Assembly: GCA_002269645.1 (NCBI GenBank)
Contig: NIVC01000035.1
Span: 372,001 to 436,000 of the forward strand
Length of the DNA stretch: 64,000 nt
Direction of reading: 5' to 3'
Source of the DNA: Macrostomum lignano
Lineage: Eukaryota
Shown in pieces: positions 26,169-40,966 of the stretch; position 1 is the first letter of the stretch, and every line of letters starts with the position of its first letter. The notes beneath the pieces are model-generated. The model was not told the origin of the DNA and made no database searches. It was given only the letters and a program-made list of their open reading frames with translations. Position numbers and translations under genes: made by a program.

Positions 26169-29054
26169 TACTATTATTCCAAAAACCATGAAACTTTCTC
26201 CTAAAAAGTTTTTTACCTTTTGATAAACAGTATTCATATCTATCTAAACCAATAAGGCTTAGCTACACAAGCTCATGAGTAAAACCTATTTTTTGTTGCT
26301 TGTTGCTGAAGCCAACAAGGGGCAAAGTCACCTAGCAATAGTTATCTACTATTTTTAAGGTTGGAAGATTCAAATAGTTTTGCTAGGCATACTTACTATC
26401 CATGCAACAAATGCAAAAATACAATTGCAGATATAAATAGGAACAATAAATATGTAGACAAACATAGAAAGATGAGCAACTGTGTTTCTCTTATGTCAAA
26501 CTGTTATGCCAAAATTATGTGTGGTTCAATGGCTAATAGTATAAAATTGGTCTAGGATCAAGGTGCAGCTTAGCTGGACATTGGAGGATATAGCCCTTAT
26601 CATGCTTACAATGCCTAGAGGAAGGCCATTGATTCCCTTAAAGGATTTGCTTCTGTTATATTCTATTCAACCTGCTTTGTTAGCGTCCCAATATAAAAAA
26701 ATTATAACCAGTTAGCTAATTTGTTAGAAGTAAAAATGTTGAAATTTCTATGGCCTGTCAAGACTAGATTGTTGCAGCTTTTAGTTGTAAGGCAAATCTT
26801 GGATTAGTTTGATTTGTTGAAAACCTTCTTCAACAAACATTGTGATGAGCTTGCTAGTCAAATAGACCATATAGCTCAAATTCAAGCAATGCTGCAAGAC
26901 CCACTTACTAAGCCACTTCTGCTGGTCAATGACTATAGCATCACTATAGAGCACCTTGAGCAGCTTTTCTAAAGTGGAAACATATAGGTTCCTGCCTTGT
27001 TGTATATTTCTATGGTTGAACTCTATAAGTCTTGGCTATTGTGTTTATCTTGATTTTAATTAACTACATTGAAAATGGGAATTTGATCCTAGTATGGGAA
27101 AGTAAAAAAAATTAGTTGCTGTGGGGCCTAGGATCAGCCTAGAATAGCTAAAGATTCTGCTTGCTCATTGTGTGCTAGATCTGAATTTGTTCTTGTATGA
27201 AGTCATGGCACTTACCAAATAGTCACCTTTTTATTAGCAATTGTTATATAATGATGGCATGAATTTTTATAACATATCAAGAGTGTTAGCAATGTAGCAC
27301 TTTGCACTCAGTTACTTGGGTGGTCAGCAAGTCTTGAATTCTGTTTGCCATTTCTGTTATAGTGACTTGCAGGCTATGCTAATAATCATCTTCTAGGCTT
27401 TCTCTCATGCTTGAACCTCGCAAATTATTTCTTAACTATAGTATAAGATGGTATGTCATCTTCAAAGGTGGCCATTATGTTGAAATGAATTTCCTATGGC
27501 AAATATTTGATGATAGTGTTATGCTTGATTTTTTTATGGCAAATGTTAAAAATGTTTTTCTAAAATAAAAGCTTTTTTAAGTTTTTCATATAGTTAATAT
27601 GCTTCAAATTGAGTTAATAAACTCTCAATATATAGTGAATTGACTAACTAACATAAGGTATGTAAGATAACTGCTTCTGTGTTAGGCTGCAACTTTTTTA
27701 TCAAGCCTTGCATTGCAATTCTATCCTACCAAGATAAAATAAAAGGAAGCATGAATTGACAATCTATGCAAGCAAAAGATTAAAAGAATAAATGTTAAAA
27801 AATTGTTTTTATCTGTCACTATGAATTTGTCATTCAATGCATTTGTCACAAAAAAATTAACAAAGATTTTTTTATATTGGAAAGACAAAACAGTATCTAT
27901 ATAATAGAACTAAAGAACCAAAGGTATGGCAAATATTGTGGGTAAGAAAGTTTAAATAATGAGGTCTATCTGGGGTCTACCTATTGCTACCTATATAAGG
28001 AGTATTGGCTTTGACTTTTGCTTCTTTTTTGAGAAAAAAAGTTGCCTATAATACTTAATAAATTATATTAAATGAGTAGTGTATATATGATTTTATATTA
28101 TATAATACATTTGATTATAGTTTTAAGGAAAATTATGAGTCTTGATTTAGGATTTATTTTAATCTGGGTATTGAGGTGGGCAGCAGCTACTGTGTGCCAA
28201 ATGAATTTGTATTTGTAGAGAGCAAAAAGTTCTTATAGGTGTATGTATACAATCAGGTTAAATAGGCCAATGCATTAATTAGTCAGTCAACTCCAACTCC
28301 TACACACTAGGCTAGGTGGGCAACCCCTACTAGGTTAGTGGCACACAGATTTGGCATGATGAGCAGGTTGGTTGAAGGGCACCTAAATGGCTGCCTTCAG
28401 GTGCACTTGTACTTGACTGCCACAGTACGATAATTTTTAAATGAGGGTCCATTTAATAAAGGATAATATTACAAGTTATTTAGAATCAAACCTTTGAAGT
28501 AATCCCTGACTTTATACAAATAAAAAATTAGGAAACCAGGATGCTAATATATACCTTAGTTCCATTATACAAGAATAGATTGGGAGGGAAAGAGACCCTG
28601 TCTCTAATAACCCACACTAGATTTTGCCTAAGGAAATGATGGTCTCCTCTTGGAAAATGTGTAATGTCTAGGTGAGGCTTTTAGAGTCCATGAGCTATGG
28701 CAATGGAGTATGTACCTATGGTACCAGGATTGAAAGATGCAAGATAAAGACAAACAGGGGAAGTAAGGGTTGATAGAGACCAGAGGTTGGCAAAAGTTTT
28801 ACTTCAAACTTTACACTAAAATTGTAAAATCTCAAAAGACCCTAGTGCCTGATAGAGAGGCTTTATGGGCTGCATGTAGCCCATAGGCCGGAGTTTGCTC
28901 ACCACTGATTAAGATATACACAAGTATCAATATCATGCCGCTACTTGTGAGTAGTGCTACTAGTAAATTTGTCCAATTTTAGCACTGTGAACAAAAGCCA
29001 AATGCAGAAAATGTATTTTCTATTTACCAAAAAATTGCATGCCAATCAAACGCA

Positions 29055-32000
29055 ATGTCCGCTTCGGCAATTTACATCCTGGACACCAAGGGCAAGGTGT
29101 TAATTAGCAGGAATTATCGCGGCGATGTGCCAATGTCTACTATTGAAAAATTCATGCCTCTATTGGTTGAGCGAGAAGAAGAGGGCACAGTACAGCCTGT
29201 GCTGCCATGTGACGATGCCTATTTTATGTACATCTCGCATAACAATGTCTACCTGGTTGCCACCACTAGGAAGAATGCCAATGCCGGTCTCGTGTTCACC
29301 TTTCTGCACAAAATTGCCGACGTGTTTGTTGAGTACTTCAAAGACCTTGAGGAGGAGAGCATTCGGGATAATTTTGTGATTGTGTATGAACTGCTCGACG
29401 AGGTTATGGACTTTGGATTTCCGCAGACTACAGATACGAGAATTCTGCAGGTAACGATTAGCTTGCTTAGCTTACCTTGTCCCTAATTAATTATCAAAAT
29501 CCCAATCTGACTAATTAATTATCGAAATCTTAATCCCTACCAATAATAATCGATCTCCCAGGCCTCCCAAGCCTACTAATTATTTATCAATATCTCAACC
29601 CTACTAATTAATTATCGATATCTCAACCCTACTAATTAATTATCGATATCTTAAACATACTAATTGATTGTCGATATCTCAAACCTACCAAATAATTATC
29701 AATATCCCAAGCCTACCAAATAATTATCAATATCCCGACCCTACCAATTAATTATCGATATCCCAACCCTACCAATTAATTATTGATATCCCAAGTTTAC
29801 TAATTAATTATTAATGTCTCGACTCTACTAACTACTTATCGATATCCAAACCCTACTAATGTATTATCGATGTCCCAATTCCTACTAGATAATTATCGGT
29901 ATCTTAACTTTACTACTTAGTTATCGTTATCTCAACCATATAAATCAATTATCAGTATCTTAAACCTACTAATAATTTATCGATATTTTCAAATCCCTGC
30001 TAATTAATTATGATATCTCCTAATTCCTAATAATTAGTTTTAAAAAATCTCCTAATCGCTACCCATTAACTATTAACATCTTCCAATACTTACAATTTAG
30101 TTTTGAATAGTCTAATCCCTACTAATTACTTTTAATATCCAAATCCCCTCTTTAATTATAGAAATCCCATAATTGACTTTTTAAATTCCCCAAAAAACAA
30201 GGAGTTCATCACCCAGGAGAGCCACAAGCTGGAGGTGGCCCCGAAACTGCCACCAGCCGTTACTAACGCCGTCTCGTGGCGCTCCGAGGGCATCAAATAT
30301 CGCAAAAACGAAGTCTTCCTAGACGTTATCGAAAGCGTCAATTTGTTAGTAAGCGTTAGCGGCAACGTGTTGCGCAGCGAAATTGTTGGCAGCGTTCGTA
30401 TGCGAGACTATCTGAGCGGAATGCCCGAACTGAGGCTGGGTCTCAACGATAAAGTTCTGTTCGATGCTACTGGAAGTAAGTTGTTTGATTTTTTCATTAT
30501 CTTTGAAAATACATGGAGAAAATTGTATGTCGGCTACACTACTTAACTTAGTAGCTGAATTTGCATTCTATATCCACAAAATAGCGGGTCCTTTAATACT
30601 ACTAACTAAGTAGCTGAATTTGCATTTTTAATCTACAAAATAACGGTCTATTTACACTACTTACTAAGTACTCGAATTCGAATTTTAAATCCACCAAATA
30701 GTGTGTCTATTTACACTACTTACTAAGTACCCGAATTCGAATTTTAAATCCACCAAATAGTGTGTCTATTTACACTACTTACTAAGTACCCGAATTCGAG
30801 TTTTAAATCCACAAAATAGTGTGTCTATTTACACTACTTACTAAGTAGCTGAATTCGAGTTTTAAATCCACAAAATAGTGTGTCTATTTACACTACTTAC
30901 TAAGTAGCTGAATTCGAGTTTTAAATCCACAAAATAGTGTGTCTATTTACACTACTTACTAAGTAGCTGAATTCGAGTTTTAAATCCACAAAATAGTGTG
31001 TCTATTTACACTACTTACTAAGTAGCTGAATTCGAGTTTTAAATCCACAAAATAGTGTGTCTATTTACACTACTTACTAAGTACCCGAATTCGAGTTTTA
31101 AATCCACAAAATAGTGTGTCTATTTACACTACTTACTAAGTAGCTGAATTCGAGTTTTAAATCCACAAAATAGTGTGTCTATTTACACTACTTACTAAGT
31201 ACCCGAATTCGAGTTTTAAATCTACAAAATAGCGTGTCTATTTTTACACTACTTACTTATTAAGTAGCTGGATTCGCATATTCAATCCTAAATACTCGAC
31301 ATTTCTTCATTTTTCAGGAGGCAAGAGCAAATCTGTCGAATTGGAGGACGTCAAATTCCATCAGTGCGTCCGTCTCTCTAGGTTTGAAAACGACCGTACG
31401 ATATCTTTTATACCGCCCGACGGTGACTTTGAGCTGATGTCCTACCGGCTTAATACTCAGGTTAAGCCGCTAATCTGGGTTGAATGCGCCGCGGAACGTC
31501 ACGCGCATAGTCGAGTCGAGTACATGATCAAGGTGAGCTGGAGTTTGATCTATTGGCGTTTGACTATACCGATGGGTTAGTAGAATCCACCGATGGGTTA
31601 GTAGACTCTACCGATGGATTAGTAGTCTCTACCGATAGGTTAGTAGACTCTACCGATGGGTTAGTAGACTACCGATGGGTTAGTAGACTCTACCAATGGA
31701 TTAGTAGACTCTACCGATGGGTTAGTAGACTACCGATGCGTTAGTAGAATCCACCAATGGGTTAGTAGACTCTACCGATGGGTTCGTATTTAGTAGACTC
31801 TACCGATGGATTAGTAGACTCTACCGATGGGTTAGTAGACTCTACCGATGGATTAGTAGACTCTACCGATGGGTTAGTAGACTACCGATGGGTTAGTAGA
31901 CTCTACCGATGGGTTAGTAGACTCTACCGATGGGTTAGTAGACTCTACCGATAGGTTAGTAGACTCTACCGATGGGTTAGTAGAATCCACCGATGGGTTA

Positions 32001-33121
32001 GTAGACTCTACCGATGGGTTAGTAGACTCTACCGATGCGTTAGTAGAATCCACCGATGGGTTAGTAGACTCTACCGATGGATTAGTAGAATCCACCGATG
32101 GGTTAGTAGACTCTACCGATGGCTTAGTAAAATCTTTTAATTGGGCTAGCAGAATATACCGCGATAGGGTAGTCACAATATACTAAATCTTCTAATCTAC
32201 TAAACTCGTAATATTTGTTTGAATTTAAGAAGTGTTAGTTTACTAGTGTACTAATCTGACATCGAACCCACTACTCGTATCAAAGTCAACAAAGCAGCCT
32301 TGCAATCTGTGGATACAATACTCCAAGCTTATCTATTTCTAAGTAATCGCCATTCTACTCTCGCAGGCTAAAAGCCAGTTCAAGCGACGCAGCACGGCAA
32401 ACAATGTGGACATCATCATTCCTGTGCCTGCCGATGTTGACTCGCCAAAGTTTAAGGTTGGCTTTTGGTTTTCTACTTAACAGTAGTTTGTTAAAGTTTA
32501 TAAGTATTTAGAAAAGCATTTCGAAATGTCTACAGAATCATTAATATGCTTCTTGTTTTTGATTTATAGATGCAAATCCAAGAAGCAAATAAAGATAAAG
32601 TTGAATACGAAATTAAAGGAAATTAAGGTGTTTTGGATTCCAAATCTAAGGAACAAATGAAGGTTAATTAGATGCAAATCTAGGAAGCAAAAGGTCAAGT
32701 TCAATACGAAACTAAGGAACAAATGAAGGTTAATTGAATTCAAGTCTAAGGAAGAAAAATAAAGTCAAGTTGAAAACGAAAAGGGACAAATGAAGGTCAA
32801 GTCGAACATGTGAGACAATGAACAAATGGACGTAATTCAACCATCCCCGCAGACTACGGTGGGCAGCTGCCGCTACCAGCCCGAGAGCAGCTCTCTGGTG
32901 TGGAGCATCAAAGCATTCCCTGGCGGCAAGGAGTTCATTATGAGGGCGCATTTTGGACTGCCTACGGTTGACACCGATGAGAGCAATGGGAAGCCGCCGA
33001 TTGCCGTGAAATTCGAGATCCCATATTTTACTGTGTCTGGCATTCAGGTAAGATATTTTTCACTGATGTGTGCTATATGTAAGGCAGACAGACAGACAGA
33101 CAGACAGACAAGCAGGCAGAA

Positions 33122-33181
<60 letters not shown>

Positions 33182-33201
33182 GGATAGACAGACAGAAAGA
33201 A

Positions 33202-33260
<59 letters not shown>

Positions 33261-33340
33261 CAGGCAGAAAGACAGACAGACAGACAGACAAGCAGGCAGA
33301 AAGACAGACAGACAGACAGACAGACAGACAGGCAGACAGG

Positions 33341-33375
<35 letters not shown>

Positions 33376-33393
33376 GCAGGCAGACAGACAGGC

Positions 33394-33433
<40 letters not shown>

Positions 33434-33449
33434 GGATAGACAGACAGAA

Positions 33450-33492
<43 letters not shown>

Positions 33493-33493
33493 A

Positions 33494-33552
<59 letters not shown>

Positions 33553-33597
33553 CAGGCAGAAAGACAGACAGACAAACAGACAGACAAGCAGGCAGAA

Positions 33598-33650
<53 letters not shown>

Positions 33651-33653
33651 GGC

Positions 33654-33694
<41 letters not shown>

Positions 33695-33874
33695 GGCAGA
33701 AAGACACTAAGAAGGCAGACAGACAGAAAGGCACCTTAATCTCAGCATTCGATCAAACCCGAACCTGCCCGCCAGGTGCGCTACCTGAAGATCATAGAGA
33801 AGAGCGGCTACCAAGCCCTGCCCTGGGTGCGCTATATCACTCAGAATGGAGAATATCAACTGAGAACGCAGTGA
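29055..33874 (+). CDS. AP1M1: AP-1 adaptor complex subunit mu-1 (422 aa)
   Basis: Exons 29055-29450, 30202-30475, 31318-31532, 32367-32456, 32853-33047, 33776-33874 sum to 1269 nt with an intact frame. Runs from MSASAIYILDTKGKVLISRNYRGD through YRKNEVFLDVIESVNLL and EDVKFHQCVRLSRFENDRTISFIPPDG to YQALPWVRYITQNGEYQLRTQ*. Confidence 0.98.
29500..30140. repeat. Degenerate ~28-bp minisatellite (ccctactaattaattatcgatatctcaa), AP1M1 intron 1
   Basis: Recurring ctactaat/tatcgata. About 20 imperfect units. Confidence 0.8.
30535..31275. repeat. 59-bp minisatellite, AP1M1 intron 2
   Basis: ctatttacactacttactaagtagctgaattcgagttttaaatccacaaaatagtgtgt, about 12 units with near-identical central copies. 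Confidence 0.95.
31570..32128. repeat. 21-bp minisatellite (gggttagtagactctaccgat), AP1M1 intron 3
   Basis: About 26 units. Confidence 0.95.
33085..33727. repeat. (GACA)n microsatellite, AP1M1 intron 5
   Basis: Seen directly. Source of the RQTD/VCLS ORFs. Confidence 0.97.
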
Positions 33875-34474
33875 TTCAACTATCACGTGCAGACTCTCAG
33901 TTTGGACAGACAGATTGAAAGCAAAATGATTGCCTTTTTCTGTGGCTTGCGTCTTGCTTGAAGTTGTCTGGTCAGCAATTGCCCTAGGCCCCTATATATA
34001 TAAATGCGTTTTGATTATTGAAAAATTTACTGTATACTCCATTGTTTGTTGAGAATGGAAAGTTGGTTATATTTATTAACTGTTGTCAAGTTCAATTGTT
34101 TTAAATTCAAAATTCTGGCCTCTTTTCTCTTTTACGTTGTATTTATCAAATTTTATAGTCAGATTCTGAAGAAGTTTTGATAGGTTGAGTAAGCGCGTCT
34201 CAATTCTTGTGCCACACCAAAAGCCTTGGTTCAATTCCACGTGTAGAACAACATTTATTTGGGGCTAGTGTGCACGAAGTTTTGGCAGCGGTGGTGGGGT
34301 GAGGCTTTGTCCTTCGAGCCGCAAAGGGCCAGCCCCCAACGCACTGAGAGTGTACATTCCTGACGATTAGAAAGTCAAAAAGGGCCAGTGTACACACTGT
34401 GCAAACACTGTACACACTACACACTGTGTACACACTGCACACACACAAAAATGTGCAAAATTTTCCTTGGTTGT

Positions 34475-36360
34475 GCTGGAATGTTAAAGAGGATGCTGAA
34501 TTGTTGGAGAGGATGCTGGAATGTTGGAGCTGATGCTGTAAATGTTGGACAGGATGCTGGAATGTTGGCGAGGATGCTGGAATGTTGGCGAGGATGCTGG
34601 AATGTTGGAGAGGATGCTGGAATGTTGGAGAGGATGCTGGCATATTGGGGAGAATGCTGGAATGTTGGAGATGATGCTGGAATGTTGAAGATGATGCTGG
34701 CATGTTTGAGAAGATGCTGAAATGTTGGAGATGATGCTGGAATGTTGGAGAGGATGCTGGAATGTTGGAGATGATGCTGGAATGTTGAAGATGATGCTGG
34801 AATGTTGGAGAAGATGCTGAAATGTTGGAGAGGATGCTTAAATGTTGAAGAGGATGCTGGAATGTTGAAGATGATGCTGAAATGTTGGCGAGGATGCTGG
34901 AATGTTGGCGAGGATGCTGGAATGTTGGAGAGGATGCTGGAATGTTGGAGAGGATGCTGGCATATTGGGGAGAATGCTGGAATGTTGGAGATGATGCTGG
35001 AATGTTGAAGATGATGCTGGCATGTTTGAGAAGATGCTGAAATGTTGGAGATGATGCTGGAATGTTGGAGAGGATGCTGAAATGTTGGAGATGATGCTGG
35101 AATGTTGAAGATGATGCTGGAATGTTGGAGAAGATGCTGAAATTTTGGAGAGGATGCTTAAATGTTGGAGAGGATGCTGGAATGTTGAAGATGATGCTGA
35201 AATGTTGGAGAGGATGCTGGAATGTTGGAGAGGATGCTGGAATGTTGGAGAGGATGCTGAAATGTTGGAGAGGATGCTGGAATGTTGGAGAGGATGCTGA
35301 AATGTTGGAGAGGATGCTGGAATGTTGGAGAGGATGCTGGAATGTTGGAGAGGATGCTGGAATGTTGGAGAGGATGCTGAAATGTTGGAGAGGATGCTGG
35401 AATGTTGGCGAGGATGCTGGAATGTTGGCGAGGATGCTGGAATGTTGGAGAGGATGCTGGAATGTTGGAGAGGATGCTGGAATGTTGGAGAGGATGCTGG
35501 CATATTGGGGAGAATGCTGGAATGTTGGAGAGGATGCTGGAATGTTGGAGAGGATGCTGAAATGTTGGAGAGGATGCTGGAATGTTGGAGAGGATGCTGG
35601 AATGTTGGAGAGGATGCTGGAATGTTGGCGAGGATGCTGGAATGTTGGAGAGGATGCTGGAATGTTGGAGAGGATGCTGAAATGTTGGAGAGGATGCTGG
35701 AATGTTGGAGAGGATGCTGGAATGTTGGAGAGGATGCTGGAATGTTGGAGAGGATGCTGGAATGTTGGAGAGGATGCTGAAATGTTGGAGAGGATGCTGG
35801 AATGTTGGAGAGGATGCTGAAATGTTGGAGAGGATGCTGGAATGTTGGAGAGGATGCTGGAATGTTGGAGAGGATGCTGGAATGTTGGAGAGGATGCTGG
35901 AATGTTGGAGAGGATGCTGAAATGTTGGAGAGGATGCTGGAATGTTGGAGAGGATGCTGGAATGTTGGAGAGGATGCTGGAATGTTGGAGAGGATGCTGG
36001 AATGTTGGAGAGGATGCTGAAATGTTGGAGAGGATGCTGGAATGTTGGAGAGGATGCTGGAATGTTGGAGAGGATGCTGGAATGTTGGAGAGGATGCTGG
36101 AATGTTGGAGAGGATGCTGAAATGTTGGAGAGGATGCTGGAATGTTGGAGAGGATGCTGGAATGTTGGAGAGGATGCTGGAATGTTGGAGAGGATGCTGA
36201 AATGTTGGAGAGGATGCTGGAATGTTGGAGAGGATGCTGGAATGTTGGAGAGGATGCTGGAATGTTGGAGAGGATGCTGGAATGTTGGAGAGGATGCTGG
36301 AATGTTGGAGAGGATGCTGAAATGTTGGAGAGGATGCTGGAATGTTGGAGCTGATGCTGT
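34475..36360. repeat. 20-bp minisatellite (aatgttggagaggatgctgg)
   Basis: About 94 units, more homogeneous towards the 3' end. Confidence 0.97.
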
Positions 36361-36884
36361 AAGTACTAGAATATATTAAATTGTAGTTACGAGCGTAACT
36401 TTTTTATAAGCTTTCGATACCCCGTGGCTTCACTGTTTTGTGTGCAATATCAAATTTTCAACGAAAACAATGATTTTGAATTTTTTAGCCTAATAATGCA
36501 TATAAGAAATGCATATTGATGTAAATAATAAGTCACCGGCTTTTGATCTCAAATCCACCTATATTTATTCGCAATAGCTCATTCAAATTTCTTTGGGTCA
36601 CTCGCTACAATTTTTGCACTTTTTCAACTGCAATGCCTATTATTGTGTAATTCCATTGCATTGTCAGAACGTTCTTGCAATTTTTATAGGGTCTCTTTTT
36701 GTGAGGATGTTTTTGGATAATATAATAATGTTAATATACTCATAAATTAGAAGATTTTTGTTTTAATTGTCCCGTCAGCTGTGTAAACTCATGTACATGC
36801 ATCTTTCAGCTGTCGTGGCGGCTTATTATTTGTGATTTACAGATGATGTAGGTTGCAAATCCCCCCTTTGTCTCCTAAGACACA

Positions 36885-39800
36885 TTTCCCATCCTAGACA
36901 CTCATTTCTCACCATAGACTCAGCATAGACACTCATTTCTCACCATAGACTCAGCATAGACACTCATTTCTCACCATAGACTCAGCATAGACACTCATTT
37001 CTCAGGATATACTCAGCATAGACACTCATTTCTCATCATAGACTCACCATAAACACTCATCTCTCACCATAGACTCAGCATAGACACTCATTTCTCACCA
37101 TAGACTCAGCATAGACACTCATTTCTCATCATAGACTCAGCATAGACACTCATTTCTCACCATAGACTCAGCATAGACACTCATTTCTCACCATAGACTC
37201 AGCATAGACACTCATTTCTCATCATAGACTCACCATAAACACTCATCTCTCACCATAGACTCAGCATAGACACTCATTTCTCATCATAGACTCACCATAA
37301 ACACTCATCTCTCACCATAGACTCAGCATAGACACTCATTACTCACCATAGACTCAGCATAGACACTCATTTCTCACCATAGACTCAGCATAGACACTCA
37401 TTTCTCACCATAGACTCAGCATAAACACTCATCTCTCACCATAGACTCAGCATAGACACTCATTTCTCATCATAGACTCAGCATAGACACTCATTTCTCA
37501 TCATAGACTCAGCATAGACACTCATTTCTCACCATAGACTCAGCATAGACACTCATTTCTCAGGATATACTCAGCATAGACACTCATTTCTCATCATAGA
37601 CTCACCATAAACACTCATCTCTCACCATAGACTCAGCATAGACACTCATTACTCACCATAGACTCAGCATAGACACTCATTTCTCACCATAGACTCAGCA
37701 TAGACACTCATCTCTCACCATAGACTCAGCATAGACACTCATTTCTCACCATAGACTCAGCATAGACACTCATTTCTCACCATAGACTCAGCATAGACAC
37801 TCATTTCTCATCATAGACTCAGCATAGACACTCATTTCTCACCATAGACTCAGCATAGACACTCATTTCTCATCATAGACTCAGCATAGACACTCATTTC
37901 CCATCATAGAATCAGCATAGACACTCATTTCTCACCATAGACTCAGCATAGACACTCATTTCTCATCATAGACTCAGCATAGACACTCATTTCTCATCAT
38001 AGACTCAGCATAGACACTCATTTCTCATCATAGAATCAGCACAGACACTCATTTCTCATCATAGACTCACCATAGACACTCATTTCTCATCATAGACTCA
38101 GCACAGACACTCATTTCTCATCATATAATCAGCACAGACACTCATTTCTCATCATAGACTCAGCATAGACACTCATTTCTCATCATAGACTCAGCATAGA
38201 CACTCATTTCTCACCATAGACTCAGCATAGACACTCATTTCTCATCATAGACTCAGCATAGACACTCATTTCTCATCATAGACTCAGCATAGACACTCAT
38301 TTCTCACCATAGACTCAGCATAGACACTCATTTCTCACCATAGACTCAGCATAGACACTCATTTCTCACCATAGACTCAGCACAGACACTCATTTCCCAT
38401 CATAGAATCAGCATAGACACTCATTTCTCACCATAGACTCAGCACAGACACTCATTTCCCATCATAGAATCAGCATAGACACTCATTTCTCACCATAGAC
38501 TCAGCATAGACACTCATTTCTCATCATAGACTCAGCATAGACACTCATTTCCCATCATAGAATCAGCATAGACACTCATTTCTCACCATAGACTCAGCAC
38601 AGACACTCATTTCCCATCATAGAATCAGCATAGACACTCATTTCTCATCATAGAATCAGCATAGACACTCATTTCTCACCATAGACTCAGCACAGACACT
38701 CATTTCCCATCATAGAATCAGCATAGACACTCATTTCTCATCATAGACTCAGCATAGACACTCATTTCCCATCATAGAATCAGCATAGACACTCATTTCT
38801 CACCATAGACTCAGCACAGACACTCATTTCCCATCATAGAATCAGCATAGACACTCATTTCTCATCATAGACTCAGCATAGACACTCATTTCCCATCATA
38901 GAATCAGCATAGACACTCATTTCTCACCATAGACTCAGCATAGACACTCATTTCTCACCATAGACTCAGCATAGACACTCATTTCTCACCATAGACTCAG
39001 CACAGACACTCATTTCCCATCATAGAATCAGCATAGACACTCATTTCTCACCATAGACTCAGCACAGACACTCATTTCCCATCATAGAATCAGCATAGAC
39101 ACTCATTTCTCACCATAGACTCAGCATAGACACTCATTTCTCATCATAGACTCAGCATAGACACTCATTTCCCATCATAGAATCAGCATAGACACTCATT
39201 TCTCACCATAGACTCAGCACAGACACTCATTTCCCATCATAGAATCAGCATAGACACTCATTTCTCATCATAGAATCAGCATAGACACTCATTTCTCACC
39301 ATAGACTCAGCACAGACACTCATTTCCCATCATAGAATCAGCATAGACACTCATTTCTCACCATAGACTCAGCACAGACACTCATTTCCCATCATAGAAT
39401 CAGCATAGACACTCATTTCTCATCATAGACTCAGCATAGACACTCATTTCTCACCATAGACTCAGCATAGACACTCATTTCTCAGGATATACTCAGCATA
39501 GACACTCATTTCTCATCATAGACTCACCATAAACACTCATCTCTCACCATAGACTCAGCATAGACACTCATTACTCACCATAGACTCAGCATAGACACTC
39601 ATTTCTCACCATAGACTCAGCATAGACACTCATCTCTCACCATAGACTCAGCATAGACACTCATTTCTCACCATAGACTCAGCATAGACACTCATTTCTC
39701 ACCATAGACTCAGCATAGACACTCATTTCTCATCATAGACTCAGCATAGACACTCATTTCTCACCATAGACTCAGCATAGACACTCATTTCTCATCATAG

Positions 39801-40890
39801 ACTCAGCATAGACACTCATTTCCCATCATAGAATCAGCATAGACACTCATTTCTCACCATAGACTCAGCATAGACACTCATTTCTCATCATAGACTCAGC
39901 ATAGACACTCATTTCTCATCATAGACTCAGCATAGACACTCATTTCTCATCATAGAATCAGCACAGACACTCATTTCTCATCATAGACTCACCATAGACA
40001 CTCATTTCTCATCATAGACTCAGCACAGACACTCATTTCTCATCATATAATCAGCACAGACACTCATTTCTCATCATAGACTCAGCATAGACACTCATTT
40101 CTCATCATAGACTCAGCATAGACACTCATTTCTCACCATAGACTCAGCATAGACACTCATTTCTCATCATAGACTCAGCATAGACACTCATTTCTCATCA
40201 TAGACTCAGCATAGACACTCATTTCTCACCATAGACTCAGCATAGACACTCATTTCTCACCATAGACTCAGCATAGACACTCATTTCTCACCATAGACTC
40301 AGCACAGACACTCATTTCCCATCATAGAATCAGCATAGACACTCATTTCTCACCATAGACTCAGCACAGACACTCATTTCCCATCATAGAATCAGCATAG
40401 ACACTCATTTCTCACCATAGACTCAGCATAGACACTCATTTCTCATCATAGACTCAGCATAGACACTCATTTCCCATCATAGAATCAGCATAGACACTCA
40501 TTTCTCACCATAGACTCAGCACAGACACTCATTTCCCATCATAGAATCAGCATAGACACTCATTTCTCATCATAGAATCAGCATAGACACTCATTTCTCA
40601 CCATAGACTCAGCACAGACACTCATTTCCCATCATAGAATCAGCATAGACACTCATTTCTCACCATAGACTCAGCACAGACACTCATTTCCCATCATAGA
40701 ATCAGCATAGACACTCATTTCTCATCATAGACTCAGCATAGACACTCATTTCTCACCATAGACTCAGCACAGACACTCATTTCCCATCATAGAATCAGCA
40801 CAGACACTCATTTCCCATCATAGAATCAGCACAGACACTCATTTCCCATCATAGAATCAGCATAGACACTCATTTCCCATCATAGGCACT
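36885..40890. repeat. 31-bp minisatellite (catagactcagcatagacactcatttctcac) with a higher-order duplication
   Basis: About 129 units, ending ~75 bp before the acceptor preceding the CHMP7 ATG. Confidence 0.97.
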
Positions 40891-40966
40891 CATAACTCAT
40901 CAACACTCATCTCCTGTGTGTTCTCCAAACTTGCTGCCTCTAATCAATCCGATCGCATACAACAGC

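Noticed and set aside
27420-27520. USP His-box-like peptide YSIRWYVIFKGGHYVEMNFLWQIFDDSV
   Set aside because: Spacing is too short, there is no convincing Cys box, and the surrounding frames are full of stops. A tblastn or HMM search could revisit it.
30535-31275. CRISPR-like appearance of regularly spaced repeats (also 13330-14045)
   Set aside because: The units are contiguous with no unique spacers, there are no cas genes, and the context is a eukaryotic intron.
33048-33062. AP1M1 intron 5 starts by encoding VRYF, mimicking the true next exon VRYL (possible intron gain by duplication)
   Set aside because: The gtaag donor consensus already yields VR. The remaining match is within chance, and the nucleotides differ from the real exon.
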